DNA from: Gemmatimonadales bacterium
GTDB taxonomy: Bacteria > Gemmatimonadota > Gemmatimonadetes > Gemmatimonadales > GWC2-71-9
Reading direction: 5' to 3'
NCBI GenBank assembly: GCA_035574255.1
Contig: DATLYZ010000079.1
Location: 35,390-99,389, forward strand
DNA length: 64,000 nucleotides
Positions within the stretch are counted from its first letter, which is position 1. Every line of letters begins with the position of its first letter. A program made the position numbers and the translations under genes. Positions 36,022 through 47,223 of the stretch are shown here, piece by piece. The notes beneath the pieces were generated by a model, which ran no database searches, had not been told where the DNA came from, and saw only the letters and a list, made by a program, of their open reading frames with translations.

Positions 36022-36375
36022 ATGCACGCGACCTTGAAAGAGCGGATTCTCCGCCGCCTGGAGGCCCTGCCCGACGAGCGCGCCTATCAGGTCCTGGACT
36101 ATATCGAGTTCCTCGCCAGCAAGTACGCCGAGCGGAGCGCCCCCAGCGGCCTCCTCGCGAAGATCACCGAGACGGTGGAAGACACCATGCGCGCGGGCAA
36201 GCTCCCCCTGCAGGCCATCAGCGGCACCATGACCGTCATGGACAGCGCCGCCCGGCTCATGAAGGGCCTCGCCGCCGCCGGTTCGGCGGTGGTGGACGAA
36301 GCCGTGAAGGCGGCGGGCGGGGCGACCCGGGCGAGCGGCCCCGGGCCGCGGTCGGGAAGCGATCCCCGCGCCTAG
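36022..36375 (+). CDS. small protein with a DUF2281-like N-terminus
   Basis: ATG at 36022, 2 nt after the preceding stop. LEALPDERAYQVLDYIEFLASKY resembles DUF2281. Confidence 0.5.
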   Translation: MHATLKERILRRLEALPDERAYQVLDYIEFLASKYAERSAPSGLLAKITETVEDTMRAGKLPLQAISGTMTVMDSAARLMKGLAAAGSAVVDEAVKAAGGATRASGPGPRSGSDPRA

Positions 36376-36420
36376 GTCGCCGCGCCCCCGTCCTGCGCCC
36401 GCCCGCCGGGCCCCTCGCTC

Positions 36421-37899
36421 ATGGTGTCACGTCGGGAAAGGCACTCCGTGGCTCACTCGCCGGCAGCCGGCGGCTTCGTGCAAGGCATCGGTCCCCTCGC
36501 CGCGGTCTCCATGGTGGTGGGCACCGTTATCGGCTCCGGGATCTTCATCGTCTCGGCCGATATCGCCCGCCAGGTGCAGGACTGGGGGCCGGCGGCGCTC
36601 CTCCTGATCTGGCTCGCGACCGGAGCGGTCACGGTGATCGGCGCGCTCACCTACGCCGAGCTGGCAGCGATGATGCCCAACGCCGGCGGGCAGTATGTCT
36701 TTCTGCGGGAAGGACTCTCGCCCCTCCTCGGGTTTCTCTTCGGCTGGACCCTGTTCACCGTGATCCAGACCGGCACGATCGCCGCCGTGGCGGTCGCCTT
36801 CGGCAAGTTCCTGGGGGTGCTCTGGCCCGCTGTGGGACCGGACATCTTTCTCTCCCTGGGACGGGTGGCGATGCCCGGCGGCACGATCGAGCTGGGCCTC
36901 TCGATGCAGCGTCTGGTGGCGCTGGGAGTGGTCCTGGTTCTCACCCTGCTCAACATCCGCGGCGTCCGGCTCGGCGCGCTGGTTCAGACCGTCTTCGCCA
37001 TCGCCAAGGCCGGGGCGCTGGCCCTGGTGGTGATCCTGGGCCTGCTGATCTGCCGCCGGGCCGAGGTGATCCAGGCCAACCTGAGCCAGTTCGTCGGCAC
37101 CGCCTCGTGGTCGCCGCTGCTCATCATCCCGGTCTTCGGGGCGGCGAGCGTCGGCTCGCTCTTCGCCTCCGATGCCTGGAACAACGTCACCTTCGCCGCC
37201 GCCGAGGTCCGGAACCCCCGGCGCAACCTGGCGCTGGCGCTCTTCGTCGGCACCGCCGTCGTGAGCCTGCTCTATCTCCTCACCAATGCCGCGTACCTGA
37301 GCGTGCTGCCGTTCCGCGGCGATCCCAACGGGGCCGACGTGCTGGCCCGGGGGCTGCCGTACGCGACGGAGGACCGGGTCGGCGTCGCGGCGGCTCAAGC
37401 CATGCTCGGGGCGCCCGGGGCGGTGTTCATGGCGCTCGCCGTCCTGCTCTCCACCTTCGGGTGCGTGAACGGTCTGGTGCTGGCGGGCCCCCGGGTCTAC
37501 TACGCGATGGCTCGGGACCGGCTCTTCTTCGCCCGGGCCGGCGAGCTCCATCCCCGGTTTGCCACCCCGGTGTTCGGGCTCGTGGCCCAGGCGATCTGGG
37601 CCATGGTGCTCTGCCTGAGCGGCACCTACAGCAACCTGCTCGACTACGTCATCTTCGCGTCGCTCCTCTTCTACGCCCTCACCACGCTGGCGCTCTTCCG
37701 GCTCCGGGTGGTCCGGCCGGACCTGCCGCGGCCGGTCAAGGCGTTCGGCTATCCGGTGGTGCCGGGGCTCTACATGCTGGGGACCCTCGCCCTCATGGTG
37801 ATCCTCCTCTTCGAGAAGCCGCTCTATACCTGGCCGGGGCTCCTCATCGTGGCGGCGGGGGTGCCGGTGTATCTCGCGTGGCGGCGAGGGCGCGGGTAG
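36421..37899 (+). CDS. APC superfamily amino acid permease
   Basis: 12-TM pattern, GTVIGSGIFIVSADIA..., YAELAAMMPNAGGQYVF. Confidence 0.9.
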   Translation: MVSRRERHSVAHSPAAGGFVQGIGPLAAVSMVVGTVIGSGIFIVSADIARQVQDWGPAALLLIWLATGAVTVIGALTYAELAAMMPNAGGQYVFLREGLSPLLGFLFGWTLFTVIQTGTIAAVAVAFGKFLGVLWPAVGPDIFLSLGRVAMPGGTIELGLSMQRLVALGVVLVLTLLNIRGVRLGALVQTVFAIAKAGALALVVILGLLICRRAEVIQANLSQFVGTASWSPLLIIPVFGAASVGSLFASDAWNNVTFAAAEVRNPRRNLALALFVGTAVVSLLYLLTNAAYLSVLPFRGDPNGADVLARGLPYATEDRVGVAAAQAMLGAPGAVFMALAVLLSTFGCVNGLVLAGPRVYYAMARDRLFFARAGELHPRFATPVFGLVAQAIWAMVLCLSGTYSNLLDYVIFASLLFYALTTLALFRLRVVRPDLPRPVKAFGYPVVPGLYMLGTLALMVILLFEKPLYTWPGLLIVAAGVPVYLAWRRGRG

Positions 37900-39492
<1,593 letters not shown>

Positions 39493-39712
39493 ACGCCAGG
39501 CCGTCTGGCGGGCGAGGCGCGGCGGGGGGATGGCGGCGGGTCACGAGGGGCGAATGACGGGAGCCGGTGCCCCGCGACGCGCGTAACCCGCCACCGGCCC
39601 AGGAGGGGCGATCCGGCACCCAGCGCTTCGCCCGTCGCAGGTCAGGCGCCGCTCGCCGGCGGCGCTCGTACTCCCAGGATCCAGCTCTACCCTCGTACCC
39701 GGAGACTCCGCC

Positions 39713-41194
39713 ATGAGCCTTTTCCGCCGCAAGTCTGTCGCCTCCCTCCAGGAGACCGCTGCCGCGGATCACAGCCTGAAGCGCGCCCTGGGTGCCGGCA
39801 ATCTGGTTCTGCTCGGCATCGGGGCGATCATCGGGGCCGGCATCTTCGTGCTGACGGGCCAACAGGCCGCGCAGAACGCCGGGCCCGGGATCGTCTTCTC
39901 GTTCGTGCTGGCCGGGCTCGGGTGCGCGTTCGCCGGGCTCTGCTACGCCGAATTCGCGGCGATGATCCCCATCGCGGGGTCGGCGTACACCTACGGCTAC
40001 GCCACGCTGGGCGAGTTCTTCGCGTGGGTGATCGGATGGGACCTCATCCTGGAGTACCTCTTTGCGGCGTCCACCGTGGCGGTGGGCTGGTCGGGGTACA
40101 CGGTCTCGCTGCTGCGCGATTTCGGAATCCAGATTCCCGCCGCGTTCACCGCGGCGCCCTTCGACCACGCGGCGCCGCCCGATGTGGGCCTCCAGTTCTG
40201 GCGGCTCTTCACCGAGGGGTGGGTGCGGCATCCGGAGGCGATCATCAACCTGCCCGCCATGTTCATCGTGGGGCTCCTCACGGTCCTGCTGGTGCTGGGC
40301 ATCCGTGAATCGGCCACGGCCAACAACGTGATCGTGTTCGTCAAGGTCGCCGTGGTCCTGGTCTTCATCGTGGCGGGGGTCGCGTTCGTGAGCCGGGAGA
40401 ACTGGACCCCGTTCATTCCGGAGCCCACCCCCGACGGGCGCTTCGGGATCGGCGGCATCACCCGCGCGGCGGCGGTGATCTTCTTCGCCTACATCGGCTT
40501 CGACGCGGTGAGCACCGCGGCGCAGGAGGCGAAGAACCCGCAGCGGGACATGCCCATCGGGATCCTCGGGTCGCTTGCGATCTGCACGGTGCTCTATATC
40601 GCGGTCTCGCTGGTGCTCACCGGCATCGTCAAGTACACCGAGCTCAACGTCCCCGACCCGATCGCCGTGGCGGTGAACGCGGTGCCCGAGCTCACCTGGC
40701 TCCGGCTGCCGGTGAAGCTCGGCGCCATCGCAGGGCTCACCTCGGTCATCCTGGTCATGTTGCTGGGCCAGCCCCGAATCTTCTTCACCATGGCTCGGGA
40801 CGGGCTCCTCCCGCCGGTGTTCTCCGCGGTGCATCCCCGCTTCAAGACCCCCTGGCTCGCAAGCATCCTCACCGGCAGCCTGGCGATGCTCATGGCCGGC
40901 CTCTTCCCCATCGGGCTCCTCGGCGAACTGGTGAGCATCGGGACCCTGCTGGCCTTCGTGATCGTCTGCGCGGGAATCTGGGTGCTGCGCTACACCGACC
41001 CGGACATCCCCCGGCCGTTCCGGACCCCGCTGGTGCCGCTGGTGCCGCTGCTCGGCATCGCTGCGTGCGGCTACATGATGTACCGGCTCCCGCCCGATAC
41101 CTGGGCCCGGCTCATCGTGTGGATGGCGATCGGGCTCGCGATCTATTTCCTCTACGGCCGGAAGCACAGCGCCCTGAATCAGGAAGCTCGGTAG
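39713..41194 (+). CDS. amino acid permease (cationic amino acid transporter-like, APC superfamily)
   Basis: LGIGAIIGAGIFVLTG...CYAEFAAMIPIAGSAYTY. Confidence 0.9.
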   Translation: MSLFRRKSVASLQETAAADHSLKRALGAGNLVLLGIGAIIGAGIFVLTGQQAAQNAGPGIVFSFVLAGLGCAFAGLCYAEFAAMIPIAGSAYTYGYATLGEFFAWVIGWDLILEYLFAASTVAVGWSGYTVSLLRDFGIQIPAAFTAAPFDHAAPPDVGLQFWRLFTEGWVRHPEAIINLPAMFIVGLLTVLLVLGIRESATANNVIVFVKVAVVLVFIVAGVAFVSRENWTPFIPEPTPDGRFGIGGITRAAAVIFFAYIGFDAVSTAAQEAKNPQRDMPIGILGSLAICTVLYIAVSLVLTGIVKYTELNVPDPIAVAVNAVPELTWLRLPVKLGAIAGLTSVILVMLLGQPRIFFTMARDGLLPPVFSAVHPRFKTPWLASILTGSLAMLMAGLFPIGLLGELVSIGTLLAFVIVCAGIWVLRYTDPDIPRPFRTPLVPLVPLLGIAACGYMMYRLPPDTWARLIVWMAIGLAIYFLYGRKHSALNQEAR

Positions 41195-41318
41195 GCGGAC
41201 GGACCGCGCCGGCGAGGGATGGCGGGACGCGCGGAGTGGGTGAGGATCGCTCACCCCTCGCGCGGGCCCGCCACCCGCCGCCGCCTCCCGCCGGGGCCCC
41301 CCGACTATCTTCCGAGCC

Positions 41319-42365
41319 ATGACGGAACTTCCCGCCGAGCGCATCGCCGCCGCGCGCGAGTTTGCCGAGGCCCTTGCGCGCGGTAGCCGGATCTGCCTCA
41401 CGACCCACGTGAACCCCGACGGGGACGGGCTCGGCAGCGAGGCCGGGCTCGCCCACCTGCTCCGGGCGCGCGGCTTCGAAGTGACCGTCACCAACCCCTC
41501 GCCCACTCCGGACCGCTACCGGTTTCTGTTCCGAGACCTGCCCGGCGTGGACCGGACCGTCGAGGCGGTGCGGGAGCTCCGGCGGGCCGACCTCATCGTG
41601 GTGCTCGACATCTCGGACGTGAGCCGGCTCGGCATGCTGAGCCACACCGTGCTGGAGCGGGGCGTGCCGGTCGCGTGCGTGGACCACCACACCGGCCAGG
41701 GCCATCTCCCGCCGGGGCCCCGCTACGTGGATGCCGAGGCCTCCGCCACCGGCGAGCTGGTGTACGAAATCGGCTGCGCCAACGGCTGGGCCCTTTCTCG
41801 GGAGGCGGCCCGGGCGCTGTATGTCGCGATCCTCACCGACACCGGAGGGTTCCGGTTCAGCAACACCCGGCCGAAGGTGCTCCGCGCCGCCGCGGCCCTG
41901 CTCGAGGTGGGACTCGATCCGGAGCAGATCTACCTCGACGTCTATGCCAACGGTTCGGAAGGCCGGGCCCGGCTCCTGGCCGAGACCCTCCAGACCCTGG
42001 TCGTCGAGCCGGAACACGGCCTGGCCTGGGTGACGGTGCCCCCGGGGGCCCTGGAACGGCTCGGGGCAACGACCGACGATCTGGACGGGATCGTGGAGGT
42101 GCCCCGGAGCATCGCCGGGGTGCGGATGGCGCTCCTCTTCCGGGAGATCGCCGCTGGCCGGGTGAAGGTCTCCCTCCGATCGGTGGGGCCCGTGGACGTG
42201 AACGCCTTCGCGAAACCCTTCGGGGGCGGCGGGCACACCAAAGCGTCCGGGCTCTCCATGGAGGGGTCCCTGGCCGAGGTCCAGGCGCGCGTGCTCGAGG
42301 CGGCCCGCGAGTACCTGGCCCGGAACGGGGCCGTTGACCGGGCCGGGGTAGGGGGAGAAGTTTGA
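41319..42365 (+). CDS. DHH/DHHA1 phosphoesterase (NrnA-like oligoribonuclease / pAp phosphatase)
   Basis: HVNPDGDGLGS...VDHH...FGGGGHTKASG. Confidence 0.85.
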   Translation: MTELPAERIAAAREFAEALARGSRICLTTHVNPDGDGLGSEAGLAHLLRARGFEVTVTNPSPTPDRYRFLFRDLPGVDRTVEAVRELRRADLIVVLDISDVSRLGMLSHTVLERGVPVACVDHHTGQGHLPPGPRYVDAEASATGELVYEIGCANGWALSREAARALYVAILTDTGGFRFSNTRPKVLRAAAALLEVGLDPEQIYLDVYANGSEGRARLLAETLQTLVVEPEHGLAWVTVPPGALERLGATTDDLDGIVEVPRSIAGVRMALLFREIAAGRVKVSLRSVGPVDVNAFAKPFGGGGHTKASGLSMEGSLAEVQARVLEAAREYLARNGAVDRAGVGGEV

Positions 42366-42384
42366 GAGGTACTGGAGGGATGCC

Positions 42385-42621
42385 GTGGCAACCGACGTAC
42401 TCGACCGGATCGAACAGTCTCTCGACACCCTGCGCCCGTACATCGCGTCGCACCGGGGCCAGGTGGAGGTGGTGGATTTCGACGAGGGGCAGGGGCTCCT
42501 CCTGCTGCGCCTGGGCGGGACCTGTCACGGCTGCTCGGCGTCTACCATCACGCTCAAGCAAGGCATCGAGGCCCGCCTGCGCCAGATGGTGCCGGAAGTC
42601 CGGCACGTCGAGGCGATCTAG
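42385..42621 (+). CDS. NifU C-terminal-domain Fe-S assembly protein
   Basis: LRPYIASHRGQVEVVDF...LRLGGTCHGCSASTITLK. Confidence 0.85.
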   Translation: MATDVLDRIEQSLDTLRPYIASHRGQVEVVDFDEGQGLLLLRLGGTCHGCSASTITLKQGIEARLRQMVPEVRHVEAI

Positions 42622-42705
42622 CCTCCGGGCCCCAGGGTCGAGGGGCGAGCGTGCGAGCCCGCCTCCGTCCCTCGTCCCTTGCCCCGGAGCCCCACCCGCT
42701 TCCCG

Positions 42706-43839
42706 ATGACCGACTCCCTGCTCGCTCGCGTGACCGCCGCTCTGGCCCGGATCCGGAACCCCCGGCTGGACAGCGACCTCCTGTCCGCCGGAATGATCCG
42801 GGATCTCACCGTGACCGAGGACGGGAAGGTCTCCTTCACCTTCCTGCTCTCGCGCGACGACCCGGCCACGCTGGTGCGCGAGGCGCGCGGCGCCGTTCGG
42901 GCCGTGGAGGGTGTGGATCCGCAGCAGGTCCGGATCAGCGTGGTGGATCCAGGCGGACCAGTTCGTCCTACCCATGGGCCCCCCGGCCAGCCGGCCGAGG
43001 GGCAGACCCAGGGCGCGGCCGGGTTCGCGCCGCCGCCTCCCCAGCCGGTGGAGTTCCCCAACCTCGGCCGGATCGTCGCGGTGTCGTCCGGGAAGGGCGG
43101 GGTCGGGAAGTCCACCGTGGCGGTGAACCTGGCGGTGGCCCTGGCGCAGAAGGGCCTCCGGGTGGGGCTCATGGACGCGGACGTCTACGGCCCCAACGTG
43201 CCGCGGATGTTCGGCGTGTTCGACAAGCCGCCCGTCGTGGGCGGCAAGATCCAGCCGCTCGTCGCCTGGGGCGTCCGGCTCATGTCCCTGGGCTTCCTGG
43301 TGGACCGTGACGCGCCGGCGATCTGGCGGGGGCCCATCATCATGAAGATCGTCCAGCAATTCCTGCGCGACGTGGACTGGGGCGAGCTGGACTACTTCAT
43401 CGTGGACCTGCCGCCCGGGACGGGCGACGCGCAGCTCTCGCTGGTCCAGTCGTGTCACGTGTCCAGCGCCATCATCGTCACCACGCCGCAGGAGATGGCG
43501 GTGGGCGATGCACTCCGAGGCGCACGGATGTTCGAGCGAGTCAGCGTTCCGGTGGCCGGGATCGTGGAAAACATGGGACCCTTCACCGACCCGGCGACCG
43601 GGCGCCGCTACGAGTTTTTCGGCTCGGGGGGCGGCCGCCGCCTGGCCGAGGAGCTAGGAGTGCCCTTTCTGGGCAGCGTGCCGCTGCAGCCCGGCATGAC
43701 CGAGCTGGCCGACCAGGGCCAGCCGATCGTGGTCGCGGACCCTTCGAGCCCGGCCGCCCAGGTCCTGGGCCGGATCGCGGAAGCGCTGCACGAGAAGGTC
43801 GGCGGGCAGTCGCTCGCCCTGCCGATCCTGCGCGGCTAG
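42706..43839 (+). CDS. apbC: Mrp/NBP35/ApbC family Fe-S cluster carrier ATPase
   Basis: ATG at 42706. DUF59-like N-terminus, then VSSGKGGVGKSTVAVNLA. Confidence 0.9.
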   Translation: MTDSLLARVTAALARIRNPRLDSDLLSAGMIRDLTVTEDGKVSFTFLLSRDDPATLVREARGAVRAVEGVDPQQVRISVVDPGGPVRPTHGPPGQPAEGQTQGAAGFAPPPPQPVEFPNLGRIVAVSSGKGGVGKSTVAVNLAVALAQKGLRVGLMDADVYGPNVPRMFGVFDKPPVVGGKIQPLVAWGVRLMSLGFLVDRDAPAIWRGPIIMKIVQQFLRDVDWGELDYFIVDLPPGTGDAQLSLVQSCHVSSAIIVTTPQEMAVGDALRGARMFERVSVPVAGIVENMGPFTDPATGRRYEFFGSGGGRRLAEELGVPFLGSVPLQPGMTELADQGQPIVVADPSSPAAQVLGRIAEALHEKVGGQSLALPILRG

Positions 43840-43919
43840 AAGGCCTCGCTCCGCCGTGGGGGGGCTGCGTTCCTCCGGACTCCGGACCGGCGCCGCCCGC
43901 CGGCCGTACCGCCTGCCGC

Positions 43920-44678
43920 ATGCCGATCATCACCTTGCTGAGTGACTTCGGGCTCCGCGATTCCTACGTGGCGGAGATGAAGGGCGTTCTGCTCTCCCTC
44001 GCGCCCGGCGTGAGCCTGGTGGACATCACCCACGACATTCCGCCCGGCAACATTGCCGCGGGCGCCTATGTGCTCGGCCGCGCCTGGCACCGGTTCCCGG
44101 CCGGCACGGTTCACCTCGCCGTGGTGGACCCCGGGGTCGGAACGGCGCGAGCCGCGCTGGCCCTCCGGGTGGAAGGGCACGGGTTCGTGGGGCCGGACAA
44201 CGGGCTTTTCGCGCGGGTGGTCTTCGGGCGGGCCGCGGAAATCGTGAGCCTGCCGGTTCCCCCGGGCGCGGCCCCCACGTTCCACGGCCGCGACCTCTTC
44301 GCTCCGGCTGCGGCCGCGCTGGCCCGGGGAGTCCCGCTGGGGGAGCTGGGCGAGCCCTATGCGGCGATTCCCCGGCGGGTGAGCGGCGCCCAGCCGCGGG
44401 TGGAGGGCGAGGCGGTGGTGGGGGAAGTGGTGTACGTGGACCGCTTCGGCAACCTGATCACCAATCTCACCGCCGAGGTGCTGCCGCCCCGCCCGATCAT
44501 CGAGGTGGATGCCGTCGAGGTGGGGCCGCTCCGGTCCACCTTCGGCGATGTGCCGACCGGCGGTCTCCTCGCCTATATCGGCTCCGGAGGCGAACTGGAG
44601 GTGGCCGTGCGCGGCGGCTCCGCCGCCCAGGTGCTGGGGTTGGACGTGGGCGGCGAGATTCGGGCCCGGCGCGGCTGA
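43920..44678 (+). CDS. SAM hydroxide adenosyltransferase / DUF62 (fluorinase-chlorinase family)
   Basis: ATG at 43920. IITLLSDFGLRDSYVAEMKGV...VVDPGVGT...GPDNG...TFHGRDLFAP. Confidence 0.85.
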   Translation: MPIITLLSDFGLRDSYVAEMKGVLLSLAPGVSLVDITHDIPPGNIAAGAYVLGRAWHRFPAGTVHLAVVDPGVGTARAALALRVEGHGFVGPDNGLFARVVFGRAAEIVSLPVPPGAAPTFHGRDLFAPAAAALARGVPLGELGEPYAAIPRRVSGAQPRVEGEAVVGEVVYVDRFGNLITNLTAEVLPPRPIIEVDAVEVGPLRSTFGDVPTGGLLAYIGSGGELEVAVRGGSAAQVLGLDVGGEIRARRG

Positions 44679-44791
44679 ACGCGGGGGGGAGGGGGGCGAC
44701 GCACGCGGGTGGGCCAGGCTTCCGGGCGGCGGGGCGGGCGGTCACTCCGGGCCGCCCCGCGGAGTCGGCTGTGTGCGGGCGGGCCGGTTCG

Positions 44792-46387
44792 CTAGTCGGA
44801 CCGCGCGGCGGGCTCCGGGCGCTTCACCGCCTTGACCCCGAACTGCGGGGTGGCCCAGAGGTACTCGTCGGTGAGCGCCTCCTGCGGGATGAGCCGGCCG
44901 GCGAAATGTTCTCGCAGGCCGATCCGGGAGAGGAGCGCCGCGCCGAATCCCACCGTGGCGAGGAGCCAGGTGACGAGAATCGCTGCCGCGAAGATCAACG
45001 ATCCGGCCACCGGCACCCAGCTAAAGACCACCCAGGCATACCAGAGCGCGGCAAGGCTCAGGACTCCGACGGCGACGTAGCGATAGCTGTTGGCATGGCG
45101 GAGGGCGAGCCCCTGGGCGAGCTGACGGCGGGTCACGGTCTCGCCCATCGCGTGGGCGATCGCGAGGAAGCCGCCGAGCAGCGCAGCGACGAACAGCAAC
45201 GCGAAGACGATCGCCACGAACGGCACCAGGAGGATCCCTGCCACGCTCAGCACCAGGCCCACGATGATCGCCCCGAAGGTGGGCAGCACCAGGACCTGCC
45301 CGAGGAGCCCGACCAGGAACGAGCGGCCGAACGAATGGAGGGCGGTGTCGGACATGATCTCGAGGGGGGGGCGCGCGAAGAGGACCAGTCCGAACCCCAC
45401 CAGGAGGAGGGTCACGACCCCCCCGGTCACGCCGGCCCCGTTCAGGAGGAAGCGTTCGCGCGCGCCGGCGCGAGCGGGCTCCACTGGGCCGGGCCGGGTG
45501 GGGGTGGGGGTGAGCGCCAGGGTCTCCACCTCACCCTGAATCTCGCCCCCGAGATCCCGTACTTCACCTGACACGGCAAGCACGTCTCCGGTGACGACCC
45601 CGCCGGGGTGCACCACGATGTTGCCGTCCACCGCGGCTACGTTGCCTTCGACCGTCCCGAACACCTGCGCGTCGCCGTGGAGGACGAGCAGGTGCCCTGC
45701 CAGCCGTTCGCCGGAGCCGACGCCGTAGGGGCCGAGCCGGGCCCGGCCGTTCGGCACGGTCAGCCTGAGTTGCGATCCCCGGAGCTCGGCGGCGCGCCGC
45801 AAGAGCGGCTCCAGGCGGGCGGTGTTCCGGAGATCGTCGAGCGGGATCACCAGCCCGCCGTCCGGGGCGGGCGGGATGACCTGGGCCGCGGCGCCGAGGT
45901 CGCTCGGCGCGCTCACGGCGCCGAGGCGATCGCGAAACGCCGCGATCGCGGCTTGCTCGCCGCGGGAGAGTCCTTCAGGATGCCAGCCCCGCAAGGCATC
46001 GAGCGCGTCGGGAGTGGAAAGGCGGCCCAGCTCCCGGAGCAACTGGTCCCACGCGAGGTCCAGCGCACCGCCCGCGGGGTAGCGTCCCAGCGCCGTGCCC
46101 CCGACCAGGACCTGGCCGTGGTCGAGCGCCAGCGTCAGGCTCCCGCCGTCCTGGAACCGGAACGTGACCCGGCCCCCGTCAGGACCGATGGACACCTCGT
46201 GCGCCTGCGCGACGCGCGACTCGGGTCCGTCGAAGACGAGGCGGAGCCGTTCGAGACGGGAAGAGAAGGCGCCGAGCCGGTCGAACGGATCGGGCGAGGC
46301 GGCGTGGACCGGGGCTAGGCCCCGGAGGCCGAGTGCCAGACCCAGGGCCAGGACCCGGGCCGCTCCCCGGAACTCACTGGACCGCAC
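44792..46387 (-). CDS. exported protein with a bactofilin-like beta-helix repeat region and a polytopic C-terminal membrane domain
   Basis: GTG at 46387 gives the signal-like N-terminus RSSEFRGAARVLALGLALGL. The repeat region is HGDAQVFGTVEGNVAAVDGNIVVHPGGVVTGDVLAVSGEVRDLGGEIQGEV, followed by about 6 TM helices. The upstream part of ORF 44792..46948 overlaps the anti-sigma gene and is not counted. Confidence 0.6.
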   Translation of the reverse strand: MRSSEFRGAARVLALGLALGLRGLAPVHAASPDPFDRLGAFSSRLERLRLVFDGPESRVAQAHEVSIGPDGGRVTFRFQDGGSLTLALDHGQVLVGGTALGRYPAGGALDLAWDQLLRELGRLSTPDALDALRGWHPEGLSRGEQAAIAAFRDRLGAVSAPSDLGAAAQVIPPAPDGGLVIPLDDLRNTARLEPLLRRAAELRGSQLRLTVPNGRARLGPYGVGSGERLAGHLLVLHGDAQVFGTVEGNVAAVDGNIVVHPGGVVTGDVLAVSGEVRDLGGEIQGEVETLALTPTPTRPGPVEPARAGARERFLLNGAGVTGGVVTLLLVGFGLVLFARPPLEIMSDTALHSFGRSFLVGLLGQVLVLPTFGAIIVGLVLSVAGILLVPFVAIVFALLFVAALLGGFLAIAHAMGETVTRRQLAQGLALRHANSYRYVAVGVLSLAALWYAWVVFSWVPVAGSLIFAAAILVTWLLATVGFGAALLSRIGLREHFAGRLIPQEALTDEYLWATPQFGVKAVKRPEPAARSD

Positions 46388-47189
46388 GAGCCACCTGTCC
46401 GGCAGGAAGCGCCAGAAGCTTTCGCAGGAGCGCGATTCCCGCCCCATAGAGACCGGCCGCCAGGATGCCGACGGCCGCAAGCCGGCCGGGGGTGAGCGAG
46501 GTCCTGATCTCGCCGTACCAGGGCTGCCCGGCCAGGAACCGGCCGGCTGCCTCGGCCGCGAGGCGGAAGCTCTGCTGCCCCTGAGCCCAGAGCCCCTGGA
46601 CCAGGCCGGTGATGACCTCCTGATTGCCCGAGGCCCAGGCGACGCTGGCGGCGAGCGACCCGCCCAGCACGAGCGCGATGCCGGAGGCCAGCGCCACCGC
46701 CGTCGGGTGGGTGGCGGTGTGGCGCCGCCAGGCCCGCCACGCGGTGGCAAGCGAGGTGACGGGCAGCTCCACCTGCGCCAGCACCCGGCCTGCAAACCCC
46801 CGGCTCGGCGTAAAGAGCGGAAGCTGTTCGAGACGAAGGACGAGCAGCCGCTCCCGGTCGGCAAGCGCCCGGCACTCGGGACATGCCCTGAGGTGGGCCT
46901 GCCGCTCCGCGGCCAGCGACCGCTCCAGCCAGTCGTCCAGCTCCGCATCCGTGAGATGCGGCCCGGCGAGGCGCTCGCTGGCGAGGCGCGCCAGAACCTG
47001 GTCGCCGAAGCCGGGCCGCGGGCTCACCTTGGGAAGCATGGCGAGCCGGAGCACCACCTCCCGGGTCTCGTCCGCGGCAATGCGGCAGTCGTCACATGTT
47101 TCGAGGTGGGACACGCGGTCCGCGGGCAGCCGACCCTCGAGCCAGAGATCCAGTTCCTCGGGGGTCAGATGCATCCGCTCGTCCTTCAT
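46374..47189 (-). CDS. anti-sigma factor with two tandem zf-HC2 (HxxxCxxC) modules and a TM region
   Basis: SHLETCDDC and AHLRACPEC lie in two 63 aa repeats at a 71 aa period. A hydrophobic segment follows. The gene is immediately downstream of the ECF sigma gene. Confidence 0.75.
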   Translation of the reverse strand: MKDERMHLTPEELDLWLEGRLPADRVSHLETCDDCRIAADETREVVLRLAMLPKVSPRPGFGDQVLARLASERLAGPHLTDAELDDWLERSLAAERQAHLRACPECRALADRERLLVLRLEQLPLFTPSRGFAGRVLAQVELPVTSLATAWRAWRRHTATHPTAVALASGIALVLGGSLAASVAWASGNQEVITGLVQGLWAQGQQSFRLAAEAAGRFLAGQPWYGEIRTSLTPGRLAAVGILAAGLYGAGIALLRKLLALPAGQVARAVQ

Positions 47190-47223
47190 CGGTGGCTCCT
47201 ACGGCCCTGAAAAAGCGCCAGTT

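Noticed and set aside
39493-39712. Structured 220 nt region upstream of the cationic amino-acid permease, considered as a possible amino-acid riboswitch.
   Set aside because: Nested GC stems are visible (GGCGGGU...ACCCGCC and GGGGC...GCCCC). However, there is no glycine, lysine or ykkC core motif and no terminator or SD-sequestering hairpin that I can define. In 70% GC DNA such stems are common.
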